Shown here: positions 29,776 to 40,002 of the stretch, piece by piece
How positions within the stretch are numbered: position 1 is the stretch's first letter
Layout of the letters: the number at the start of each line of letters is the position of its first letter
Source: an uncultured Acidobacteriota bacterium
GTDB taxonomy: Bacteria; Acidobacteriota; Thermoanaerobaculia; Multivoradales; SZUA-115
Assembly: GCA_963805975.1 (NCBI GenBank)
Contig: CAWDVR010000001.1
Location: 1,216,001 to 1,280,000 of the forward strand
DNA: 64,000 bases
Reading direction: 5' to 3'
Notes under the pieces: generated by a model
Seen by the model: the letters and a program-made list of their open reading frames with translations, nothing else
Told to the model about the DNA's origin: nothing
Database searches by the model: none
Program-made: the position numbers and the translations under genes

Positions 29776-32187
29776 ATGACGCGGATCAGCCGGTACCTCC
29801 TGCGGGAGATCTGGGGCCCACTGGCCCTGGGGTTCTCCGTCTACACGTTCATCCTCCTAGTGCGGGTGCTCTTCCTCTCGGCGGAGATGATCATCCGCCG
29901 TGGCGTGCCGGCACCGGTAGTCGGCGAGCTGCTGCTCTGGAACCTGCCGAACATCGTGGTCCTGACGCTGCCGATGTCTCTCCTCTTCGGCATCCTGACG
30001 GCCGTGGGCCGGCTGGCGTCGGACAGTGAGCTGATCGCCATCCGGGCCAGCGGCTTGAGCCTGCTCAAGCTCTACCGGCCCATCCTCGTGCTGTCCATTC
30101 TCTTCACCCTGTTGAACGTGGGACTGATGTCCTACGTGCTGCCTTGGGGTAACGCCCGCCTGCAGCAGCTCCGCCTGGAGATGATGTCCCAGGGCGTGTC
30201 CCGCACGGTCGAGCCTCGAATCTTCTACGAGGACTGGCAGGACAAGGTGCTCTATGTGTTCGACATCGATCCGGCTACCGAACGCTGGCGCGGGGTCTTC
30301 CTCGCCCAGTCCTTACCCACTTCCAGCGAGCAGGAGGTGATCGTTGCCGACTGGGGCGAGGTCCGGGTCGACGCCGCCGGCGAGCGAGTCATGCTGATCC
30401 TGGGCAACGCCGAGGACCACAAGCTCGACCCCCTGCGCCCCGAGCGCTATCAACGCCAGCGATTCGCCGATGCCAGGCAGGAGCTGGACGACGCCTTCAC
30501 CAGCCGGGAGCGGGCCAAGATCTCGGCCTCCAAGGGAGTGCGCGAGCTCACCCTGCCGGAGCTGGCGGCGAAGGCGGAGGATCCGTCCACCTCCGCCGAG
30601 GTCCGCAACCTGGCCCGCGTCGAGATGCACAAGAAATTCTCCATCCCCTTCGCCGCCGTGGTCTTCGGCCTCTTTGCCTTGCCCCTGGGGTTCAACAATC
30701 GCCGGGGTGGCAAAGCCTCCGGCTTCGCGCTCTCGATCGGCGTGATCCTGGTCTACTACGTGTTGCTGAACAACGGCGAAGAGGCTGCGCGCTTCGGAAG
30801 GTTCTCTCCCTGGGTCGCCATGTGGCTCCCCAACCTGATGCTGGGAGGCATCGGGTTCTACCTGCTGATCCGCCGTGACCAGGACAGGAGCCTGCTCTTC
30901 TCACCGGTGGACCGCTGGCTGCGGCGAGACCTGTGGGGAGCGCTGACGGGCGCTCTCGGCAGGATTCGGCGGGCGCGCCGGGAGCGCCAGCGTGCCGCGG
31001 CCAGCCGCGCTGGGGGCGGCTCGGGCGGCGGCCTAGTGAAGGTTCTGATCTCCCGGCCACGCCTGACCTTTCCCAGCGTGATGGACCGCTACACCCTACG
31101 CGCCTTCGGTTCCGTGTTGCTGACCGTGCTGGTCTCGATCGTGGCCATTTACATCATCGCGGACCTGACGCAGTTGATCGACGAGATCCTGAAGAACCAC
31201 GTTTCGCAGGACGTCGTCGGCCAGTACTACCTCTACACGAGCTTCCAGGTCTTCTACGACCTGGCGCCGATCGTGGTCCTGGTGACCACGCTCATCACCT
31301 TCAGTCTGCTGTCGCGGACCAACGAGGTGACCGCGGCCAAGGCCCTGGGCATGAGCCTCTACCGCCTCTCACTGCCGGTGGTGGTCGCCGCGGTCCTGAT
31401 CTCGGCCTTCTCCACCTATCTCGAATCGGTCGTGCTGCCGGTCACCAACCAGCGGGCCCAGAAGCTCGAGGACAAGATCCGCGCCAATCCCGTGCCGCAG
31501 ACCTACAGCCGGCCGGACCGCTGGCTGTTCGGCAAGGGTGGCTTCATCTACAACTTCCTCACCTACGACCAGGCGACGGAGACCTTGCAGCGGCTGCAAG
31601 TCTTCGAGCTCGACGAGAACCACCGTTTGAAGAGCCGCCTGACCGCCGCAACGGCCCGCTTCGACCGTTCCCTGCACGGTGGGAAAGGCGGCTGGCTGTT
31701 CACCGACGGCTGGATCCGGCGGTTCGACTCCAGCGATACCGGGTCGAGTCTCCGGGACCCCGAGTACACGCGCTTTGCCGGGCCCGTGGAGGTCGATTGC
31801 AAGGAGACTCCGGAGTTCTTCGTCTCCGAGTTGCGGCGCCCCGAGCAGATGGGCTACGGCGAGCTCAAGCGCTACATCGCCGAGCTCGAGGCCAGCGGCC
31901 AGCCGGTACCGCAGCTCCAGGTGGACTTGCAGAAGAAGATCGCCTTCCCGGTCACCTCGCTGGTCATGGCGCTGGTGGCGCTCCCCTTCGCGTTTCGCCT
32001 CGGCCGGCAGGGAGCGCTCTACGGCATCGGCCTGTCGATCGTGCTCGGCATGGTGTTCTTCGGCGTGCTGGCGCTGTTCACCGCCCTCGGCGGCGCTGCC
32101 GTCCTGCCGCCGACGATCGCCGTCTGGGCACCGAGCGTGGTATTCGCGACGCTGGCGGTTTATCTCTTCCTGGGTGTTCGAAGCTGA
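29776..32187 (+). CDS. Fused LptF-LptG LPS export permease
   Basis: Two tandem YjgP/YjgQ-like halves (GRLASDSELIAIRASG; SRTNEVTAAKALG) in one 803-aa ORF. Confidence 0.9.
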   Translation: MTRISRYLLREIWGPLALGFSVYTFILLVRVLFLSAEMIIRRGVPAPVVGELLLWNLPNIVVLTLPMSLLFGILTAVGRLASDSELIAIRASGLSLLKLYRPILVLSILFTLLNVGLMSYVLPWGNARLQQLRLEMMSQGVSRTVEPRIFYEDWQDKVLYVFDIDPATERWRGVFLAQSLPTSSEQEVIVADWGEVRVDAAGERVMLILGNAEDHKLDPLRPERYQRQRFADARQELDDAFTSRERAKISASKGVRELTLPELAAKAEDPSTSAEVRNLARVEMHKKFSIPFAAVVFGLFALPLGFNNRRGGKASGFALSIGVILVYYVLLNNGEEAARFGRFSPWVAMWLPNLMLGGIGFYLLIRRDQDRSLLFSPVDRWLRRDLWGALTGALGRIRRARRERQRAAASRAGGGSGGGLVKVLISRPRLTFPSVMDRYTLRAFGSVLLTVLVSIVAIYIIADLTQLIDEILKNHVSQDVVGQYYLYTSFQVFYDLAPIVVLVTTLITFSLLSRTNEVTAAKALGMSLYRLSLPVVVAAVLISAFSTYLESVVLPVTNQRAQKLEDKIRANPVPQTYSRPDRWLFGKGGFIYNFLTYDQATETLQRLQVFELDENHRLKSRLTAATARFDRSLHGGKGGWLFTDGWIRRFDSSDTGSSLRDPEYTRFAGPVEVDCKETPEFFVSELRRPEQMGYGELKRYIAELEASGQPVPQLQVDLQKKIAFPVTSLVMALVALPFAFRLGRQGALYGIGLSIVLGMVFFGVLALFTALGGAAVLPPTIAVWAPSVVFATLAVYLFLGVRS

Positions 32188-32212
32188 GCCGGCCACGGCC
32201 TCGCGCGCAGCG

Positions 32213-33442
32213 TCAGAACCGCGACAGATCTCGGCCGAAGAGGCGGCTCTTGATCCAGTCGAAGAGCACCTTGACCTTGTTGGCCAGGCTCACTAGCTTG
32301 GTCAGGTAGACCGAGCGCCAGAACAGCCAGGCGACCCGGCCGCTCCACTTGAATTGCGGCAGGTCGGCCAGCGCGCGGCCGCCTCCGATGTAGGCGAGCA
32401 TGCCTTGCGGCCTGAAGCGAAAGGGCGGTACTTCTTCACCGACCGCGAGCCTGGGAAGCGACCGTGCCAGGTACTTGCCTTGCTGCTGTGCGACCTGGGC
32501 GGTAGCCGGCAGCGGTGGCTCTGGCGAGGCGCAATCGCCGGCCGCGAAGACTCCCGGCAGGCCGGGCACTCGCAGCCAGGCATCGACGGCGAGGCGCCTG
32601 CCCTCCCCCATCGGCTCGCCGAGCGTCGAGATGAAGGGTACCGGGGCGTTTCCTCCGGCCCAGATGACCAGGCCACAGTCCAAGACCTCTCCACCCTCGA
32701 GCACCACCCGATCGGGCCCCACCTCCGTCACCCGCACGGAAAGCCGCAAGTCCACTCCTTCCCGCTTGAACTGGCTCTGGGTGTAGTCGGCCAAGGCCTC
32801 GTCGAAGCCGCGCAGAATCCGCGTCCCGGCTTCGAGCAGGAGAACACGGGCGTAGCGGGCGAGATCGCCATAGCTGCGCCGTATCTCGTGGTCGAGCAAG
32901 TCGTCGAGCTCGGCCGCCACCTCGACGCCGGTTGGACCGGCCCCGCAAACCACGAAGGTCAGGCGGCGGGCGATCTCCTGCTCGGAGATGCCGGGGACAT
33001 TGGCCTTGCCGAACTGCGCGAGCACGCGCTGGCGGATCTCTCGCGCCTGCTCCACCGAGGTAAGGGTGAGCGCGTAGGGATCGACCCCGGGAACTCCGTA
33101 GTCGGACACTGCACTGCCGACGGCGATCAACAGCACGTCGAAGGGCAGCGCGAACTCCTCTCCGGTCAGGACGCTCCGGCACCGCACCTGCCGTGAGGCG
33201 CGATCGAGGGCCAGGGCCTCGGCCTCGATCACCTTCACCCACCGCAGGCGGCGTCGGGCGGGCTCGAGGATGCTGCGGAACTCGACGGTGCCGGTGACCG
33301 CGGACGGCAGCAGCGGGGTGAAGAGGAAGTAGTTGCGCGGCGTGACCAAGACCGCATCCCAGTCACGCGCCTTGGCGCGTGACAGGAGCGAGTAGCCTGC
33401 GAACCCACAGCCGAGGACGATCAGTTTTTTCTTGGAGCTCAT
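32213..33442 (-). CDS. ndh: Type II NADH:quinone oxidoreductase (NDH-2)
   Basis: GCGFAG, FLFTPLLPS, GAGPTGVE, PATAQVAQQQG. Confidence 0.9.
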   Translation of the reverse strand: MSSKKKLIVLGCGFAGYSLLSRAKARDWDAVLVTPRNYFLFTPLLPSAVTGTVEFRSILEPARRRLRWVKVIEAEALALDRASRQVRCRSVLTGEEFALPFDVLLIAVGSAVSDYGVPGVDPYALTLTSVEQAREIRQRVLAQFGKANVPGISEQEIARRLTFVVCGAGPTGVEVAAELDDLLDHEIRRSYGDLARYARVLLLEAGTRILRGFDEALADYTQSQFKREGVDLRLSVRVTEVGPDRVVLEGGEVLDCGLVIWAGGNAPVPFISTLGEPMGEGRRLAVDAWLRVPGLPGVFAAGDCASPEPPLPATAQVAQQQGKYLARSLPRLAVGEEVPPFRFRPQGMLAYIGGGRALADLPQFKWSGRVAWLFWRSVYLTKLVSLANKVKVLFDWIKSRLFGRDLSRF

Positions 33443-33505
33443 GGCCTTGGAGGCGCATCATCCCCCGCCTGTGGCCTCCGCCGCAATGCGCCCAATCAGG
33501 CAGGC

Positions 33506-34069
33506 TCAGCGCAAACCTGCTCCACCGTCAGGACGCCTGGCGAGGAGCACTTGCCGGGTCATCGCCGTCAGGCAACGCGAGGTCAGCTTGCCGATGCTGG
33601 CCGGGCGATAGCCGAGCAGGCGAGCGACCTCGGGAGGCTCGAGACCCAGGCAGTACCGCAGGTGCAAGAGCACCCGACAGCGAGCAGAGAGGCGGCCCAG
33701 CAGCTTGGTCACATCGCACCACAGCTCGGCCCTCTCCTGGGGCGGCGGCACCCCTGCAGCGAGCCACTCGAGAACGGAGACCTCGGCCGCGTCGTAGAGC
33801 CGGCGCCTCTGCTGGCGCCAGTACACCAGGCATCCTTTGCGCAGCGTTCCGATCAACCAGGCTTCGGGCTCACGGATGCTCGCCCAGTGGTAAACCAGCG
33901 CGAGCAGAGCCTGCTGCAGGACGTCCTCGGTGTCGTCGGCCGGGATGCGGTACTGGGAGAGCACCCGCCGGAGGTGAGGGCGGACCCGGGTGAGAAAGCT
34001 CTCGAATGCGGTCGAAGATTCGGGGGAAAGAAAAAGACTGCGCGAAAAGTTCTCTCGTTCGGTAACCAC
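33506..34069 (-). CDS. ECF-type sigma-70 family factor (paralog 3)
   Basis: Region 2 (DTEDVLQQAL, EAWLIG) and region 4 HTH (EVARLLGYRPASI); start uncertain (GTG 34069 or 34114). Confidence 0.75.
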   Translation of the reverse strand: MVTERENFSRSLFLSPESSTAFESFLTRVRPHLRRVLSQYRIPADDTEDVLQQALLALVYHWASIREPEAWLIGTLRKGCLVYWRQQRRRLYDAAEVSVLEWLAAGVPPPQERAELWCDVTKLLGRLSARCRVLLHLRYCLGLEPPEVARLLGYRPASIGKLTSRCLTAMTRQVLLARRPDGGAGLR

Positions 34070-34143
34070 CGAACCGAGGATAGCCGAAAGGCGAAACCCC
34101 GGCAAGGAGGCCACACGAGGCAGAGCGGAGCGGGCCCTCCCGA

Positions 34144-34686
34144 TCAGTCGAGGTCGGGAAGAAGCGTCGTCTGGCTGAAGCCTGCCTCGAGCAGCTCCCG
34201 GGTCAGCGAGGCGAGGCAGCGGCTGGTGACCTTGCGGATGCTGGACTGCCGATAGCCCATCCGCTCGGCGACCTCCGAGGAGCTACAGCCCAGCCCGTAG
34301 CGAAGGCGGAGCAAGGAGCGACAACGGGGCGGGAGCTTGCAGACCAGGCGATCGAGATCGTAGCGCAGCTCGGCCTTCTTCTGGCTGGGTGCCTCCGGCT
34401 CGGACAGCAGCTCGAGGATCGCGGTGTCCACTGCCTGGAAGAGGTGCTTCCGCTTCTTGCGCCAGTAGATCAGGCAGCGGTTGCGCAGCGTGACGATCAG
34501 CCACGCCTCCGGGTTGCGCACCACGTCCTGCTTGTGAATCAGGGTAAGAAAGGTTTCCTGGAGAACGTCGTCGGCATCCTGGGACGGGATGCGGTAACGG
34601 CCGAGAATCTGCACCAGCTTGGGCTGCACGTCTCGCAGGAGATCTTCGAAGACGACCGGCTCAGGAGCAGCGAAAGGAATGGTCAT
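34144..34686 (-). CDS. ECF-type sigma-70 family factor (paralog 2)
   Basis: DADDVLQETF, EAWLIV, EVAERMGYRQSSI; AGGAGG RBS before ATG 34686. Confidence 0.8.
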   Translation of the reverse strand: MTIPFAAPEPVVFEDLLRDVQPKLVQILGRYRIPSQDADDVLQETFLTLIHKQDVVRNPEAWLIVTLRNRCLIYWRKKRKHLFQAVDTAILELLSEPEAPSQKKAELRYDLDRLVCKLPPRCRSLLRLRYGLGCSSSEVAERMGYRQSSIRKVTSRCLASLTRELLEAGFSQTTLLPDLD

Positions 34687-34693
34687 AATCCTC

Positions 34694-35245
34694 CTAGAGC
34701 ACCGGGTCCGCAGGTTCTTCCGGCACTTCCGGCAGGAAGCCAACAGCGACCAACTGCCGGTTGAGCGCCGCCAGGCAACGGCTTGCCACCTTGCGAATGC
34801 TCGAGGCCCGGTAGCCCAGACGATCGGCGACCTCGGCCGGCTTGTATCCCAGCCCGTAACGGAGGCGAAGCAAATTCTGGCACCGCGCCGGCAGACACTC
34901 GAGCGCGCGCTCCAGATCGTGTGAAAGCTCCGACTGCGCCTGTTCCGGTGAGGCCGGTTCCGCCAGCAGCTCGAGGATCGCGGAGTCCACCGCGTCGGTC
35001 AGGCGTGAGCGCCGGCTGCGCCAATACATCAGGCAGCGCCGCTTGAGCGTGGCCAAGAGCCAAGCCTCGGCGCTGTGGATCTTCTCCCACTTGTACAAGA
35101 GGGTCAGAACGGAGTCCTGGATCAGATCCTCCGCATCCTGGGGCGGGATCTGGTAGTAACAGAGGATCCGTTCCAGCTTCGGCTGAACCTTGGGTACCAG
35201 GCGGTTCAGCGATTCCCAGGCAGAAGGGTCGTCAAGAGTCGCCAT
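34694..35245 (-). CDS. ECF-type sigma-70 family factor (paralog 1)
   Basis: DAEDLIQDS, EAWLLA, EVADRLGYRASSI; start at 35245 or 35257. Confidence 0.8.
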   Translation of the reverse strand: MATLDDPSAWESLNRLVPKVQPKLERILCYYQIPPQDAEDLIQDSVLTLLYKWEKIHSAEAWLLATLKRRCLMYWRSRRSRLTDAVDSAILELLAEPASPEQAQSELSHDLERALECLPARCQNLLRLRYGLGYKPAEVADRLGYRASSIRKVASRCLAALNRQLVAVGFLPEVPEEPADPVL

Positions 35246-35575
35246 GCGAATTCCCATACCCTCCGAACGTTGTCTCCCTGCCGGCTGATGGGAGATTCTA
35301 TCCCATCTCCAGCCCGAGACCTCGATCCTTTGCGCCGCTGCCGGCCATTCTCTCGGGAGATCCAGCTCATGCAACGGGGTCGCGCCGAATCATTCCCAGG
35401 TCTCTATATGCTAACACCACCGGCCGAACCTGTCTACAGTTTTTCTCAGTGCAGCACTGTTGTCGTTTCCCCGTCGGAGACTTGGCATACTCGGCGGACT
35501 AACCCAGACTTTCGCGAAAGTAGAGAAGGAGAGATGAGGCACTCTCTTTTGGGTACGGTCCCTACACGCCAGGCT

Positions 35576-36757
35576 CTATGCCCCGATACCGGCCACGACC
35601 TCGCCCGGTACTCCGGCCGCCGCCCGGATCTCTGCCGCACGGTCCGTCCGCTCCCAACTGAAACCCGATTCGGCGCGGCCGAAGTGGCCGTATGCCGCGG
35701 TCTGCCGATAGATCGGCTGCCGCAGAGCGAGGAACTCGATGATGCCGCGCGGGGAGAGCGGGAAATGCTCGCGCACCAAGCCCTCGATCCGGCGATCGTC
35801 GATGCACCCCGTGCCCCGGCTGTCGACGTGGATGGAGACCGGCTCGGCAACGCCGATCGCATAGGCGAGCTGGATCGCCACGGTGTCCGCCAGGCCGGCC
35901 GCCACCAGGTTCTTGGCAATGTGCCGGGCCATGTAGCTCGCCGAACGGTCCACCTTCGTCGGGTCTTTGCCCGAGAACGCCCCTCCCCCGTGGCTGCCCA
36001 CGCCGCCGTAGGTGTCGACGATGATCTTGCGGCCGGTCAGGCCGCAGTCTCCTTGCGGCCCGCCGATGACGAAGCGGCCGGTGGGGTTGATGTGGAAGAT
36101 GGTGTCGCCGTCGATCCACTGGCTGGGGATCACCGGGCGGATGACGCCCTCGATGACCTCCGCTTTCAGCTCGTCGAGGGGAACGTCCGGATGGTGTTGC
36201 GTGGAAACGACGACCGTGTGCACCCGGCTCGGCCGGCCGTCGGCATACTCGACGGTCACCTGGCTCTTGCCGTCCGGGCGCAACCAGCGGATCTCGCCGC
36301 TGCGCCGCGCCTCGGCCAGGCGGCGGGTCAGCTTGTGCGCCAGGGTGATCGGCAACGGCATCAGCTCGTCAGTCTCGCGGCAGGCGTAGCCGAACATGAT
36401 CCCCTGGTCGCCGGCGCCGCCGGTGTCGACGCCCATCGCGATGTCGGGCGACTGCGGGTCGATCGCCGAGATCACCGAGCAGGTATTGCCGTCGAAGCCG
36501 ATCGCGGCGTCGTCATAGCCGATGTCGAGGATCACGCCGCGCGCCACGCGCGCGAAGTCGACCCGGGCCTGCGTCGTGATCTCGCCGGCGAGGAACGCCA
36601 AGCCGGTCGTGACCAGGGACTCGCAAGCCACTCGGCTCGTGGGGTCCTGCTTCAGAACCTCGTCGAGGATGGCGTCGGAGATCTGGTCACAGACCTTGTC
36701 GGGGTGCCCCTCGGTCACCGACTCGGAGGAAAAGAGGTAGTGGTGCGCTCGGCTCAT
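35576..36757 (-). CDS. metK: S-adenosylmethionine synthetase
   Basis: [33 protein letters not shown]. Confidence 0.98.
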   Translation of the reverse strand: MSRAHHYLFSSESVTEGHPDKVCDQISDAILDEVLKQDPTSRVACESLVTTGLAFLAGEITTQARVDFARVARGVILDIGYDDAAIGFDGNTCSVISAIDPQSPDIAMGVDTGGAGDQGIMFGYACRETDELMPLPITLAHKLTRRLAEARRSGEIRWLRPDGKSQVTVEYADGRPSRVHTVVVSTQHHPDVPLDELKAEVIEGVIRPVIPSQWIDGDTIFHINPTGRFVIGGPQGDCGLTGRKIIVDTYGGVGSHGGGAFSGKDPTKVDRSASYMARHIAKNLVAAGLADTVAIQLAYAIGVAEPVSIHVDSRGTGCIDDRRIEGLVREHFPLSPRGIIEFLALRQPIYRQTAAYGHFGRAESGFSWERTDRAAEIRAAAGVPGEVVAGIGA

Positions 36758-36851
36758 CGATCTTCACCTTGAATTGACTTCGTAAATGAACTCGTTTTGG
36801 GTCGAGGAGGGAGGGTACTTCAGCGATGGTAGCAGAGCGACGCCGCCGGCG

Positions 36852-37448
36852 TCACTCCCCCGCTCTGCTCTGCAGCACCCCGTAGCAAAGAGTCGAAAGA
36901 GCGTGGAAAGTGGAGAGCGCGACGGCAGTCCGACGGGTCTCGACACCCGCCGTCACCGAGCTGATGATGCCGCCCTGGCGCCGGGTTCCGGGAATGGTGA
37001 CCCGCTCGCTGCCACCGGCGATCTCGCTCGACAGATGGCGATCGGGGAGCTGCACGGCGCCGCTCGAGCCGCAAGCTTCGCCGAGCGCGCTCGCCACCAC
37101 GCACCAGCTGCGGATGAAATAGCGAGTCCGACCGGCGACCTCGACCGGCTGCAGGCCGCCTTCGATCGCGACGTAGAAATGATAGGTGTCGCGCAGGCGA
37201 TCTCGCAGCTCGACCGCCTGCGACCTGGCCAGCTCGAGGGTGGCCTGATCGGTGATCGGCAGGCCGGCGGCCGGTTCGTCTTGCTGTTGCGGCACCACGA
37301 CCACGGAGGTGGCGCGCTGGAGGCCTTGTTGGAAATAACGCAGGAAGGCGTCGCGCACGCCCAGGAGCTTCTCCGGGGCCGCACCCGCGACGGTGACCTC
37401 GACGCCCTGTTGGAGACGGCGCCAGAACTCCTTAGGATGCTCGTTCAT
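36852..37448 (-). CDS. DUF84/YjjX-like inosine/xanthosine triphosphatase family protein
   Basis: P-E-K N-terminal motif, YVAIEGG, GSSGAVQLP, GGIISSVTAG...R. Confidence 0.6.
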   Translation of the reverse strand: MNEHPKEFWRRLQQGVEVTVAGAAPEKLLGVRDAFLRYFQQGLQRATSVVVVPQQQDEPAAGLPITDQATLELARSQAVELRDRLRDTYHFYVAIEGGLQPVEVAGRTRYFIRSWCVVASALGEACGSSGAVQLPDRHLSSEIAGGSERVTIPGTRRQGGIISSVTAGVETRRTAVALSTFHALSTLCYGVLQSRAGE

Positions 37449-38226
37449 GATCACCAGCCGCCAGAATAGGACGCTGAAGGATATTCGCCGTCTCCGGCGA
37501 AGTAAAGGCGACTGGGTGCTGCTCGAGGGCGAGCACCTGGTCGCCGAGGCCATCGCCGGCGGCCTGCTTCTGCACGACGTGCTGGCGACACCGGAGTACC
37601 TGGCGACTCCCGCGGGACAGGCCCTCGCCCGGCGAGTTTCCTTCCCCCTGACCGAAGTGGCCGCCGAGGCCATGCGCTCGCTGGCCGACACCGATTCACC
37701 GCCAGGCGTGCTGGCGACCGCCGAGCTTCCGCGGCTGAAGGTCGAGGAGCTGCCGATGATCGAAGGCGGCGTCTACGTCTATGGCGACGGCTTGCAGGAT
37801 CCCGGCAATCTGGGCGCACTCGCCCGGGTTGCGGAGGCGAGCGGCGCCGCCGCCCTGGCCCTGGCACCCGGCGGCGCTCACCCCAACCACCCGCGGGCCC
37901 TCCGCGCCTCGGCCGGCAGCTTGCTAAGGCTGCCCACCGCAACCCAGGTCGTCCCCGAGGCACTGGCCCGTCACCTGCGACCGATCGAGCCGCGTTGGAT
38001 CTGCCTGGTCGCGGCCGGTGGCGAGAGTCTCTATGAAGCCGACCTCACCGGACCGCTGGTGGTGGCGATCGGCGCCGAGGGTCCAGGAGTGTCGAGCCCG
38101 GTGCTCGAGCGCGCCGACCGCCGCATCACCATCCCCGTCCGCCCCCCGGTCGAGTCCCTCAACGCGACCGTCGCCGCCGCTCTCACGCTCTTCGAGGCAG
38201 CAAGGCAGCGAGTCGGCCGGCTCTAG
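37447..38226 (+). CDS. TrmH/SpoU family RNA methyltransferase
   Basis: MITSRQN, LEGEHL, QDPGNLG, GAEGPG, VESLNA. Confidence 0.92.
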   Translation: MITSRQNRTLKDIRRLRRSKGDWVLLEGEHLVAEAIAGGLLLHDVLATPEYLATPAGQALARRVSFPLTEVAAEAMRSLADTDSPPGVLATAELPRLKVEELPMIEGGVYVYGDGLQDPGNLGALARVAEASGAAALALAPGGAHPNHPRALRASAGSLLRLPTATQVVPEALARHLRPIEPRWICLVAAGGESLYEADLTGPLVVAIGAEGPGVSSPVLERADRRITIPVRPPVESLNATVAAALTLFEAARQRVGRL

Positions 38227-39206
38227 CTCTTGGCCTCGCGCACCGCCTGGGTGATCAACGGCAGCAGCTCGTGCAGGTCGCCGACGATGCCGTACCGGGC
38301 GATCTGGAAGATGGGGGCGCTCGGATCCTTGTTGATGGCGACGATGACCGACGAGCCCTTCATCCCCACCGTGTGCTGGATGGCGCCGGAGATCCCGGCC
38401 GCGATGTAGAGCCGTGGCGCCACGGTCTGGCCGCTCGAGCCGATCTGGCGGTCGCGGGGCAGCCAGCCGTTGTCGATCACCGGCCGGCTGGCCGCGATCT
38501 CGGCGCCCAGGGCCTTCGCCAGCTCCTCGATGGGGCCCAGCTTGTCGGCGCCGCCCACGCCCCGCCCGGCTGCGACGATGATTCCCGCCTTGGTGAGGTC
38601 GACCTTCTCGCCGCCCACCGCTTCGACGCCGAGGATCTCGCGGTCCGGCCGGGCCGCGTCGAGATCCACGGCCAGCGCTGCGATCGGCGCGGAGCCGCTC
38701 TCGGCCGAGTCGGCGGCGAAGGCTCCGGACTGCACGGAGAGGATCACCGTGCCCTCCCCCTTCACCCGCACCCGTGCCTCCATCTTGCCGCCCAGGATGG
38801 GCCGCTTCCACACCAAGCCCTCGGCCCCCCCCTCGAAGCCCGTGACCTCCGGCAGCAGGCCAGACCCCGTCGCCTGCGCCAGGCGGGCCATGAAGTCCAC
38901 AGACTGGTAGGTATGGGGCAGGACCACGAAGCTCGGGCGGTCGGCGGCGATCGCCGGCGCCAGGGCCGCCACGTAAGCGCCCGGCGTGTAGGCCGCGAGA
39001 TGCGGATGGTCCGCGACCCGGACGGCGCCCAACTGGTAGCCCGCCACGGTCTCGGCGAGAGAGGCGACGCCGGACCCCAGGAGGATCGCTTCCGCAGTCG
39101 CACCGATCTCCTGGGCCAGGCGCTGTCCGGCCGCGAGAGCCTCGCGAGACATGCGGTGGAGCTGGCCTTCACGCTGCTGTACGACCACCCAGACCGTGCT
39201 CGCCAT
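38223..39206 (-). CDS. etfA: Electron transfer flavoprotein alpha subunit
   Basis: [29 protein letters not shown]. Confidence 0.95.
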   Translation of the reverse strand: MASTVWVVVQQREGQLHRMSREALAAGQRLAQEIGATAEAILLGSGVASLAETVAGYQLGAVRVADHPHLAAYTPGAYVAALAPAIAADRPSFVVLPHTYQSVDFMARLAQATGSGLLPEVTGFEGGAEGLVWKRPILGGKMEARVRVKGEGTVILSVQSGAFAADSAESGSAPIAALAVDLDAARPDREILGVEAVGGEKVDLTKAGIIVAAGRGVGGADKLGPIEELAKALGAEIAASRPVIDNGWLPRDRQIGSSGQTVAPRLYIAAGISGAIQHTVGMKGSSVIVAINKDPSAPIFQIARYGIVGDLHELLPLITQAVREAKS

Positions 39207-39207
39207 C

Positions 39208-40002
39208 TCAGATCACCCTCGCTTCTTGCTGTAGCTTGGCGACCAGCGCCTTCGCCGCCGTGGCTGGATCGCCGGTCAGGATCTCCGCTCCGGAGCCGCT
39301 CGCCGGGAAGGCCACGGAAACGATCTCCAGCCGCGAGCCGGCGGCTCCCACCTCTTCGGCGGCGAGGCCGAGATCGGCTGCCTTCACTTCGTCTACCGGC
39401 TTTTTCTTCGCCGCCATGATCCCTTTGAGCGACGGGTAGCGCGGGTGGTTGATCCCCGCCTGCACCTCGAGCACCGCGGGCAGCGCGAGGCGCAGGAGCT
39501 CGTTCATGCCGCTCTCCATCTCGCGGGTGACGCGGGCGTGCGTGCCGCTATCCTCGACCTCGATCCCCATCACCAGCCAGGCATGGGGCCAGCCGAGATG
39601 GCCGGCGATCACCGAGCCGGTGCCGCCGTAGCCGACGTCGTCGGACTGCGAGCCGGTGAGCACCAGGTCGAAGGTCTCGCGACCGATGGCGGCGGCGAGA
39701 GCTCTGCCGGTCGCCAGCGCGTCGCCGCCCGCGAAGCCGGGGTCGTTCAAGTGGACGGCGCGCGCGGCGCCCAGGGCCAGGGCCTTGCGGAGCGCGTCCT
39801 TGGCCCGCTCCGGGCCGAGCGTGAAGACGACCACCTCGCCACCCCGCTTCTCCGTCCACGCGAGCGCTTCTTCCAGCGCGTACTCGTCGCTCTCGTTGAG
39901 GACGAAGGGCAGATCGGATTCCTCGATCCATCGGCCGTCCCTCGCAACCCGGAGCCTCGCTTCCGTGTCGGGGACCTGCTTGATGCAAACAGCGATGCGC
40001 AT
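39208..40002 (-). CDS. etfB: Electron transfer flavoprotein beta subunit
   Basis: VCIKQVPD, DEYALEEA, PRYPSLKGIMAAKKK. Confidence 0.95.
   Translation of the reverse strand: MRIAVCIKQVPDTEARLRVARDGRWIEESDLPFVLNESDEYALEEALAWTEKRGGEVVVFTLGPERAKDALRKALALGAARAVHLNDPGFAGGDALATGRALAAAIGRETFDLVLTGSQSDDVGYGGTGSVIAGHLGWPHAWLVMGIEVEDSGTHARVTREMESGMNELLRLALPAVLEVQAGINHPRYPSLKGIMAAKKKPVDEVKAADLGLAAEEVGAAGSRLEIVSVAFPASGSGAEILTGDPATAAKALVAKLQQEARVI

Noticed and set aside
36758-36850. SAM riboswitch upstream of metK
   Set aside because: No SAM-I or SAM-II consensus recognised; only an extended -10 (TGcTACCAT) is visible
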